Assembly (NCBI GenBank): GCA_010093745.1
Contig: MU006040.1
Location: 1 to 46,401, forward strand
Direction of reading: 5' to 3'
Length of the DNA stretch: 46,401 bases
DNA from: Piedraia hortae CBS 480.64
Lineage: Eukaryota
Shown piece after piece: positions 36,647-46,401 of this stretch (position 1 is its first letter; each line of letters begins with the position of its first letter). The position numbers were made by a program, and so were the translations under genes. Below the pieces are notes generated by a model that saw nothing but the letters and a program-made list of their open reading frames with translations, was not told the DNA's origin and did no database searches.

Positions 36647-38309
36647 GTCACACAGGTGACAAGAGAAGAGGAATGGACGGAAGACAAGGCTAGTTTTCTT
36701 CTCGTGTGTGCGGCTTGTTTCCATTGCGGTGACAGATACCTCACATGTCGTCTTCACAGATGAGAAAGCGTTTCTGTACTTTTGATTACTTTTGCGCTAT
36801 GATAGCTTTTCCAATGTGCCTCCACTGAGAATTTGTAACAAAGCCTCGTGGGACTTTTTTCCTCGTATCTGCCTGCCAACCCCCATCTGATCCTCTTCCG
36901 ACCCCTTCAAACTGGAAAGACATGCTTCAAGCCCTCTCATGACTCATGCAAAAAAGCCTCAGTCCCGGATCAACTTCCGATTGGATCGCAAAGGCGGAAA
37001 CTACCGAAGTGGCGTTTTCTCCGAGTGGGGAAATCTTTTGCCTTGCAAACTTTTCCCATGCATACACATCAATTTTTCTCCACTGTTTTCCTGCAAATCT
37101 GTTTGATGAGTGCAGGTACAGTAGTCGAAGCGTCTGCTTTCGTCTTTAAGCAGCGCCCTCTGCGCAGCGGTGATGCGTATCTATATTAACCGCAGAGTCC
37201 ACTTCACGGCGGTGATGAGTGCCAAGATTTCTGCGGCATCGTGGGCTGCGATGGAATGACTCGTGGCACCATCCCTGCCGCAGTCGTCGTTGTAAGCTTA
37301 GGGGTCGTTGTGGGGAGGAGAAGGGTGATAGGACTGGAGAGTATCACTTCTGAGGACTGGCATTTGGGGACGGTGGGTCGTACGATGAAGTGGAACTGTG
37401 GACCGGGATCAAGGCCATTTTACCCAACTTGGAACGTGACAAGGGTACAAGTGGTTGCGGAATAAGGATGTGAACTGCGGAGCACGTCGGACGGATGCTG
37501 CGATGAGGACATTGGAGACCGGTGATAAAAGAGTCGAAGTTAACAACAACCCTCCCTGTTTTCCGAGCGAATGCCAACGCGTTCCCCTGCATTTGCTGGA
37601 CTACACCATAATTTTCGGTGTATGCACTGACGGAAATGGCTTTCTTGTGTACAAAAACTCAACGGCGGTATCTTTCGCGGGACAGCCAGTGATTGCGAGA
37701 GATATTGATTCAAGACACTTACACAACAAAATGAGAATCAATCTCACCGTGTGACAACAGAACTGATAGATTTACACTTACTAAAGGCTGGAGACTTTAT
37801 AGTTTCACTCTTTGAAACTATATGGGGCTCCATAGAATATCATAGTTAAGAAGGATGCTTTCACGGTAGAAGCTTTTTACCCGTGCTTGAGTTGCGAATA
37901 ACTTTCTCAAACGGGTCCTCTCAAGTATATCTCAACTAGCGACAATCCAGCATGATTTGGAGATGGGTCATTGTTATTCCCGACTAGAATATGTTCATGC
38001 TCAACTCACCTTCCCTTTGCTGCGGAGAAATGAAACGGTACACATTTCAAGTACAGGCAACACCAGTAACTGGGCCGAACGTGAATGGATAGTACGCCAA
38101 AAAGAACCCTCATCCTACAGGAATGATGCATTGATAGACGCATGGCTGAAAGTGTGAATGATCTCCTCTGAGCCTCAACGGGACTCCCGCCATACCAACC
38201 GGAAGCGCAACAACGCGCACAAGTATGCATACGCTAGTTGGGTGGTTACAATTTCCGCCCTCTCAAACCCCTCCTTGCGTCCCTCTCAATTCATTCTTTC
38301 CAGTAAATC

Positions 38310-39788
38310 ATGTCTGCGAACAAGAGAACTGGAGATCAGGCTCTTCCGCCACTCATGACCAATGAAGGTATTCAAGAACACAAAACGCAGATCATGTCTC
38401 AACAGCAAGCCCCCACCTTACAGCAGATTTCTCCAACTCCGCACGTCCAGGGAGTATATCCTTTGCAGGTGCACATGCCTCCACAGCAGCATCAGCAGTA
38501 CCCCGCTCCATGCAGCTACGCTCCTCAAAACCAGGAATTAGCACAGATGCAAGAGTGGGATAATACCAGCCGCGTCATGCAGGCCAATTATACCAATGCC
38601 GTCAAGCTCGTGACGGTAGATGAGTGGGGAAATCAATACGGAATTTGGAACTATTGTGGTGTTCAAGCGCAGCAGCAACGGCAGGAATCTCGAGCAGCGC
38701 ATCAGCGCCAGCAGAAGCTTGGAATGCCCAAGTATGTGCAGATGCATGACGTTATGAAACGCAAAGCGCAGTCTGAATACGATGGCCAGTCGGTGAAGCA
38801 AACGAGAATCCGCGTTCATCAGCATAGCCAGATACAAGGCGGGATGTATGGCAGTCAACGTGGACAGGTGTACACTCAACACGTGATGGGGTGTGGGCAG
38901 CACGGTTTGACTGGACAGCAGGTCCCAATGGTACAGCTGAGTCAGCTCGGACAGCAGTACCAGCCTGGGCAGCAGGGCCAATTTAGTCATCAACGCCAGT
39001 TTGGACAGCATAACCAACTGGGACAACAGGCCCAGTTTGGACCGCAGATTGGCGTTGGCTATCATCATCCGTTGGGCCCAAAAACCTATTCTCAGCAGAT
39101 GCAGACTCTTGAGCGAGTATTCAAGCCTTCTCCCAGCTCTCCCACTAACACTTCCAGAAGAACAGTAACCCTCAAAGTAGGCATGGCCTGTCCTATGGAG
39201 TTCACCCTCCCTGCCAAATCCCTGGGGGCCTTGATCGCCTCGCATAACGCTACACACGGAGCGAGTTCGGAGAGTACCGCGAGCGCAACAATTCACCTCC
39301 CCTGCGCGGACCCGACCGAAGTCCTTGCGTTCATCCATTGGACGCGTAGTGGCTCGATCCTCATCGCCACCTCGCGCGAAGCATCCGCCCTTATCAGCAT
39401 TTTCGGCTGCTCCCTTGACCTCATGTGTCCGCAGTACGGAATCGCCGCTGTATTGCCGTTCTTCATGCTCGGGAAGACATTGGAATATCCTGAGGATTTC
39501 ATCGTTGAGGTGTTCAGCCGCACTGACAGGGAAGACATTAATGGTGGCGTGGTGCCGCATATCGCAAGGAGGATCCTTGTTGCCATGATTGCCGCGAGAA
39601 CCGCGGGGCCGGGGAAACGGGGTTTGGTTATCAGGGTTCCAGTGGATGAGAGGTGGGGGATTGAGTGTATGATGATGTTAAACACGTATATGAAGAACAG
39701 GGGACCTGTTTGTGACTACCCGCGGTCTTTGATGGATATGTATGGGGTCGCTGGGAGGGGGGATCCCTTTGTGGAGGGAGGAGTTTGA
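38310..39788 (+). CDS. Gln-rich protein with a C-terminal BTB/POZ-like domain (start uncertain)
   Basis: 492-aa ORF; VTLKVG..EFTLP..L...TIHLPCADP..VLAFIHW.RSG resembles fungal BTB domains; Q/G-rich N-terminal half. Confidence 0.7.
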   Translation: MSANKRTGDQALPPLMTNEGIQEHKTQIMSQQQAPTLQQISPTPHVQGVYPLQVHMPPQQHQQYPAPCSYAPQNQELAQMQEWDNTSRVMQANYTNAVKLVTVDEWGNQYGIWNYCGVQAQQQRQESRAAHQRQQKLGMPKYVQMHDVMKRKAQSEYDGQSVKQTRIRVHQHSQIQGGMYGSQRGQVYTQHVMGCGQHGLTGQQVPMVQLSQLGQQYQPGQQGQFSHQRQFGQHNQLGQQAQFGPQIGVGYHHPLGPKTYSQQMQTLERVFKPSPSSPTNTSRRTVTLKVGMACPMEFTLPAKSLGALIASHNATHGASSESTASATIHLPCADPTEVLAFIHWTRSGSILIATSREASALISIFGCSLDLMCPQYGIAAVLPFFMLGKTLEYPEDFIVEVFSRTDREDINGGVVPHIARRILVAMIAARTAGPGKRGLVIRVPVDERWGIECMMMLNTYMKNRGPVCDYPRSLMDMYGVAGRGDPFVEGGV

Positions 39789-42700
39789 TGACGGGCAGAG
39801 GATGCGGCTGATGACGAAGGAATTGAAATGAAGCGTAGGCGAGTGTAAAGACTGTGATTCTTCTAATCAGTCGAGTGATCTCGAGAGCTGTGTCGGAGGA
39901 TTGGAGGGTTAGTTTGGAGCGTGTCAGTGTGACCACGGTAGGGGCACATGTGGCCATTTACTAAGTGTCTAACATCTACCGTGAAGCTGTTCAGAGGGGT
40001 CATACTTGCGACCACATCGTTGTCATTCTCAGAACGAACTTACACTCACATCCAAACTCACGATCCCTTGCAGATTGTTGCTTTGCATAGAATTCATTCA
40101 CAGCGATTTCCACCACGAGATAATGTTCCGCTTGGTCGAAAGTATTGAATGCGAGCTGTGCAGGCTTCAGCCCAGCGAGCCAAGGCTGTCATACACTACC
40201 GGCCTCTTCTCTGGCGGAGAATGTAGCGCTACAAAGTCAGATTGACCAGGATCCCACTGACGTGAACAAAGGGTAGTAGCTTCCTGGCGTTCGCGGGGGC
40301 GAGCGAGGCTCTCATCTCTCCTTGCGCTGGATTCCCACGACGGCAGCTAGGTTCCAAACGATGCCTGAGGCTCCAGAAGCTTTAGCCACTCATTGCGGTC
40401 ACAGCCACGGCCCGAGTGGGACCACAGTGATCACACCAGGTGGGATGACTTTCTTCCTTGGCACAATCGCCCCACCGTACAAACTTTCCCCCCTTTTTTC
40501 CATCATGCTTTGTAATCCATACGTCAGCGCACCACAATCAAGCACATGAACCCTATACGGGGCTTGCAACTACGGCTGTGGGCTTCTGCACGCCATCGTC
40601 GGTGTGCGCCGCTTCATGTATCATGAAGGTCAGCATGTTTGCAGCTCACCATATAACCCATTGGCCGCAAGGCCCATTTGCCTTCAGCCTCGTTAAGCTG
40701 GAGTTCCGCGGCGTCACTCATTAATAGCTACTGAGCAGTTCAGGGCCTATGCAGGTGGTAGCGTTGCGACGAATCCCAGTGCAATACTTTCCCGCTATGG
40801 TAGAGACAACCTCCCAGGCTGGATGTGCTTGAGCGTTGCCTGTCCTGCCCCTGTTTTCCCCAAAAGGATGCAAAGCGATATTCTGGCGTGCCGCGTTTTC
40901 ACGGACGGTGGAAGCATTGAACTTGTGCCGGCCTTGCCAAGTGGTAATGCACAGTTCAGCCGAAGAAGTACGTCTTGACTCTGGATGTTTGGACGCAATC
41001 AAGTGGATGGAAATGTGACAAATCTACTTCGTTGGCCTCTCGACCGAGCCCTCATCAGTCACCAGCTGGTTGATTATGTTCATGAAGGTCAAAAATGATC
41101 CACATACCACCACCATGCCATTCGTCCAAGGCAAACGATCAGCCTTTCAATCGCTTCGGCAAGTTCAAAATCCTGGGAACCGCGGAGATTGAAGCGGAGA
41201 TGCTTTCGAAACCCTTTCCTTTTGTCTGGTTTCTAGATAACAACTTTCCGCCGCTGCCATCTGTCGCACAGAATTGGCAATGCGACAACCCAGCCTGCAC
41301 CAGTGGTATGGCCTACCACCTGATAAAAAGATTCGGGTGGACACCTCAGACTACTTGCTTGGGACGGGAGGACGTTGCCAGCAGTGTTCCAAGCGCTGCT
41401 TGGCATCGCAAGCCTCAACGTTGTAGACAGCATCGAAATCACCGGGGCCAGAGTCCACCGATAACCATGCCACCATGCTCGACGTCTCCCCGGGCTGGCA
41501 TGAGTTGAACAGAGTCGCCGGTTTTAAGCGCTGCAAGTTCTCAGTAATCTCCGTCCCTGTAAACTCCAATTGACATCGTAGCGAAGCGTACGCTACTGGC
41601 ATTTAAGCAGCAGTCTTAGGCAATGTGGATTTCAAAACACTCTCCTGGAGCAGTTCAAACTTGCCGCCCTCAGGGTGGAACTTACTTGTGGGAAGCAGCG
41701 GTGTCGGAGAAGCCAATGACAACACGGCATCTTGATCTCGCCTGGGCTCTGCGAGACATGATAACATGGAACAAGATCAAGGAGGAACTATAGACCCACA
41801 ATATCACCGAGCTGCGGAACGGCAGATCGCTGCAGATGTGTTACATAATCTTCGTCCTGTTGTGCGGTGACAATGTGCCGAGATTGTTGGGGCCCGTTGC
41901 TGCTGGCACAGACGGTCAGGAGGACGAATTATGCAGCCAGGATTCGCCATTTTGCGGGATCCCTTTTGAAGCACAGGCTGAGAGAACGTGGTTTAAATTT
42001 AAGGACGACAATCAATCTGAGTCCACCATTCGCAGTTCCACGTTGTTCCCAAATGGTAAGCCAGCCGTCTTCTGGTGCATGTATACACAGCGAAGCTACC
42101 GTTCGCTGGGCTGACAGCAGCAACTGCGAAGAATGGCAAGAAGGAGCGACCAGTACGGTCCTCGAACGGCACAATTCCCACCAGACCGAAATCTATCTCA
42201 CAGGAGAGGAAGGCACGGACAGCAAAGACGGCAAGAATTGAAAACTGTCAAGCTTCGCCTCGAGCGGCTATGCTCCTGGTGCTTCGTCATGGACATGATG
42301 AGACCAGCCACCGTTGAAGACCATGTGGAAAGTGCAAGGGCACATTTTCGTGCAAGATTTGAACACAAGCAGCAAGTCCCACACAAGACTCTATGCACGA
42401 AGATATTCCATATGTCTTCTCCGCTGGCTTCAAGATTGTTTGTTGCCGTTCTTACGCACCAAAGCCAAAACTACGTATCTGGCAACTGCAATGTGCCCCA
42501 CAGTCGCATGGAAAGAAGATTAGATGTGGTGTGCAAGTTGGTGAAGTCTGAAGATCAAAATCTTTCATCACCCCATGCAAGACCTTTGGGGAAGCACAAA
42601 CACCTTTCAGCCGTTGCGAAGGGGGAAGCAGGTAATCTGCTTTTCCAACGACTTGGCTTCCAAAAACAAACCTCACTAAAACTATCCCAGCTGGACAGGC

Positions 42701-42961
42701 AACTGTGGGTGTGTCGAACAATCTGATTTAAGCCTTCATGCCACGGTAGACGGCCTTAGGAAGTACATTTGAGCGCGGCCGACGCTGGAAACCGACTTTC
42801 GGGAAGAGGGGTTTGGTGCACTTTACAATGAATCCCCACCAACTTTCCTCCAGTTGGGAGCTGGCGCGGGTATCCTGCTGGTTGTTTTTACCGGAGTCAT
42901 GGATAAATCTGGTCAAAGTCCAGGTTCTCAACCACTCAAACGTAAGCTAAAACCCCCTGTT

Positions 42962-43189
42962 TGTTACGTTGCTCAGAGGAAAAGGTTCAATTAGTTCCAA
43001 CAACGAGGACAATCCAGGCTGCTATCTACTGAGAAGCTAGGATGTTATAAACCGATCCAGAAGCGCCGTTCATTCGTGCGTGGTAGCGAGCGTAGCTTTG
43101 AATAACTAGCAGGGCGCGTCGGTGTATCAAATCCCCTGTGCGCTTAGGCCGCGCGGGTCGTCCGGCGCACACACAGCCTCGCCGTAACA
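42962..43189 (-). mobile_element. LTR-like repeat, family F, copy 2 (228 bp)
   Basis: TGTTACG...CGTAACA perfect 7-bp inverted termini; homologous to 19387-19598; flanks CTGTT/CTTCT match only 3/5. Confidence 0.8.
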
Positions 43190-43539
43190 CTTCTGGCCAG
43201 CGATCTTTACTGATGAAGAACAGGGATGACTATTCGCGGCTTTCTTTCCAATGTCGTTGGGTTGGTCGGTCAAACAGCAAAGGAGAAAACCAGGCGAGCG
43301 GTTTGCGAGGCTACAAGAGAGCACATCCACCGTTTCGCCTGGAAGCTTTGCACCGGAATCGCCGCCAATGCCTTTAAGCACGCGACGGGTGTCGGTGGGA
43401 AACAACGCCACGCAGAACGTCACGGGCGCTACGAAGGCAAGCGGCTCATAAATCCACAAGCAAAGCCATCCGCCGCTTTGCCTAGAAGGTGTGCACTGGA
43501 TTGGTGAGCATCGTTCTGGAGCTAGCACGGTGAGCCCTG

Positions 43540-43825
43540 TGTCAGATATGTTAGATCGGTGAAGTTAGAACGCCCGAAGCTTCGCAGGGCTTTTTGCCTC
43601 ATAGAAGGGTTTTCCCCTGTGACCAGATCAAGTCATCTCGTGGTCCCGGCAAATGCGGTCTGGCCAACTGTGGGTCTGTGGAAGACGTTGCGTTAGCTCT
43701 TAGCACGTAGAGACGCACACAGTTACACACACCTTTTGACCCAGACTTCGCGTCTTAGGAGTACATCACAAGTGCTGTTGGTGACAAACAAATGACTATC
43801 CAGGGCGCTACGAATGCGTTCGACA
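43540..43825 (+). mobile_element. Divergent solo-LTR-like element, family E (ends inferred)
   Basis: TGTCAGA...TTCGACA termini like family C; carries the shared hairpin core (43583-43621) and GGCAAATGCGG. Confidence 0.55.
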
Positions 43826-44532
43826 CTGCCAGTGCCCGCGAGCGAGTCAAATCTCGCAAGTGTGGGCAAAAAGCATGGATATCACCACCATTCCAGGCAT
43901 TACCTCCATTCATGAATCGGGGTAGCACGTCGTAAATCAGAAAGTTTCCACTGGGATGGAGCGACCTGTCCCGTCCAGTTTATACTGGTTGGGATGCATT
44001 CTTTCCTGACTGGAGTTTTTTCGCGATTTAGGGCTCAGAAGTCCCGTTATCACTATTAATCACTGTTTCCTCTTTCTGGGCTACAGCATCCTAGGCTGGT
44101 CTAAGCCAATTATCGGCGTGGCTTCCCTCACTAAGACCAGGAGCAAAAAGCTCAAAGTTTAATCCGCTCGTTCAGTCCAGCGTGTACACCAGCCTTTGAG
44201 CGGGGATAAGATTTAGAGCAAATGTCTGGAAAGGAGGAGAGAAGATGACTGATTTTTGGCCGGAGGTTCTCAGGGGAGATTCCAATTATCTTCTCTGAGT
44301 GGACAGAGCGAAGAGACAGGCTGAGGTTTGGCTTGAAGCGCCAGCGCCCGTCTATCAAATCAAGGGCCAAGGGGAAGGCTGTCGTATGTCGTGCAGGCTG
44401 TTCCAGTTCGATTGGATGACCAACTTTCGAGCCTGGTGTTAGTCGATTGGTAGAGAGATGCGAAAGGAACGTTCATGGGGGAAGATATGAGTGAGTCGAG
44501 TTGGCAGAGAGCAATAGGAAGGAAACTTATGG

Positions 44533-44836
44533 TGTCAGAAGGATGTGGCACCTAACATGACCAGAACTGTAGATAGAAGTCGAAAGTTCTCAGGGTTTTT
44601 ACCTCTATAGAGGAAGTTTTCCTCAGACGGGTCATCGTCTCGTTAATGCTTAAGGGCATGGTTCGCTGACGTTGTCCTGGCGAATGCGGTCAGACTGAGG
44701 TAGTGTGGGGAAGGTTTCAAACCTCATCTCACATAGATATAGATATTTACATTCACTATTTCAGTCAAAGTTGAGTGAAAACATTTGTCGTCGATATCCG
44801 CTCCCCTTTAGTCCTCGGAGGTTCACCCCTCCGACA
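44533..44836 (+). mobile_element. Solo LTR, family C2, second copy
   Basis: TGTCAGAAGG...TCCGACA; colinear with 15976-16278; flanks TATGG/TGTAG differ by two transitions (possible decayed TSD). Confidence 0.85.
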
Positions 44837-46306
44837 TGTAGTCTTCGATACCGTACGAAGTTTAATGTTTGTCAAGAGACTTTGTCTGCTATCGATAGTT
44901 TGTCATTCGTCCAAAGCAATTATATTTTGGAGGTGATTGGCATATGATTGAACGATTATTGGCCAACTTACCAAGTTGGATAATGTCCAGTGAGAGTGCA
45001 AGCAGAGTAGACATTGGTAGCAGTGCTAGCAATGCGTGGGTCGAACAAGGAATCATCTGTAGGAAGCTAAAGTAGTCGTAAAACACCGAGTCCATGCAAA
45101 GTTTCGAGAGAAGAGAATAAACATATTTAATTTCGATACTGCGTGAAGAAGTCTTTACAGGTGTAAAGAGCATGGCTGGCCATCCTCGCTTTTGAACAAA
45201 TGTATTTGTGGTCCCTTTAATTATTCGTTTTCAGTCCGATCACCTATCTGCAGGTGTAATGCCGAGTCACTTGCGATAATAGGGACGTGAAGAGACCATA
45301 TGGCAGCTTAATACACGACCATAAACGGGTGAAAGAACAGCAAATGGCAGGTATGCATTATTAGTAACTATGTGTACAATAGGTATCGCGAGAGAGAGTA
45401 AATTTTAAAAGTGGTCAGCCAAACCTATGCTCGGAGAATGGACTCTGACAGCACGCGGTCGACCAAAAGTGAAGCGAAGTGATCTATTTCATGTTCTCCA
45501 AATAATCTGTGTGTTGGTCGTATTTGCCAAAGAATTGTCATGCAACAGGAAAACCCGATAGAGCTCGGCCCACGTCAGTGGGCTAGGAGGCGATGACCTT
45601 GCGTGTTGAGGATTGATAGCCCCACAACGAGAACAATGTGAATTGTCCTTCCAGAATTGTTGGTGAGGCACCACGCCAAAACATGGCTCCCCTCAAGAGC
45701 GTGGTTCATGTTGGAAAATAGTTGTTGCGTAGCGTAATCGTTCTGAAGATTGAGCTTTACAAATTTATCTTCTCTGCTGTTCAGTAGCGAGCTTGTATAC
45801 AAGTAGTTTCTTTGTTCAAACAATTTCAAATATTACTCCATTGCCCCACTGTCCTCTTTATTATGCTCTTTGAGATTTTACTATACATGATTTTTTGTAT
45901 GGTTTTTGCTATAGGGCCGAGGTATGGCACCGATACTTCTCAACAACAGTTAATTCCCACTTTTGTATTCTTCATCCCGACACCGGCCTCGAGCACCACA
46001 TCCCACCACAGACAAAAAGGGCCGTCCATGCACGGCTGGTGAAGTAAAGTGCAGATCTGGCAGCCACCTGGATTGCCGAAGTGGACAAGGCGCCGAACAG
46101 TAAAAAGTCTTGTAGACCAGTAGCTCTCTGTGTTTCATGCGGGTCGTGGAGACGGGAGACGTAACGGCTACGAGCGCCTGGCTGTAGGTCGTATTCTGCA
46201 TCCGTGCTTGCTGGGTTGGGTAAAGAGCTTCTTGGGGGCACAATGGCCGAGGAGGTCGGCGCTCGTGAGGTGCTGGGTAAGATCGCGCTTGTGCACAAAG
46301 TCAAAT

Positions 46307-46401
46307 TGTTGTGAATATGCGGTATATTACGCGCATTATTAGTAACCGTCGCTCGGCTCTCGACTTCACGCGTCAACTAGTTTTCCGTAGAGATTTGTAT
46401 G
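46307..46401 (+). mobile_element. Family A LTR, 5' part (cut by window end)
   Basis: Matches 15190-15284 with one mismatch in 95 nt. Confidence 0.9.

Noticed and set aside
38538..39560. 340-aa minus-strand ORF and similar long antisense ORFs over NUP82, GWT1 and the 20.6-24 kb gene
   Set aside because: Shadow frames of real genes with biased codon use; no motifs.
45311..45340. ATACACGACCATA resembles a 5S rRNA 5' end
   Set aside because: Similarity stops after ~25 nt; no internal promoter boxes or complementary 3' end.
1..46401. Whole window as a circular element or giant transposon bounded by family A repeats
   Set aside because: No TSD on joining the ends, no recombinase or transposase gene, and the cargo is ordinary housekeeping genes; an assembly break is the simpler explanation.

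Overview
Fungal (Pezizomycotina; a Dothideomycete is a guess) nuclear DNA with short GT-AG introns carrying CTAAC/CTGA-type branch points. Two very compact islands of conserved genes are present. The first holds PDX2/SNO1, a kinase pseudogene and divergent CBC2-NUP82. The second holds head-to-head NoxD-NoxA, then TIM10 and GWT1. There are also two orphan low-complexity genes and a Gln-rich BTB-like gene. The remainder is decayed coding-like sequence carrying about 16 solo-LTR-like copies or fragments, which I group into families labelled A-F (my labels; three copies have exact 5-bp TSDs), plus a degenerate Ty3/gypsy pol relic. The most unusual signals are: (i) a hairpin-with-internal-loop core, usually followed by a GGC(G/A)AATGC motif, shared by 8 copies from otherwise dissimilar LTR families; (ii) a precise 43-nt inversion containing a tRNA-3'-complementary (PBS-like) sequence that distinguishes the two F copies; (iii) the NoxA/NoxD subunit pair on a 160-bp divergent spacer. 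All alignments and translations were done by eye; no searches were run.
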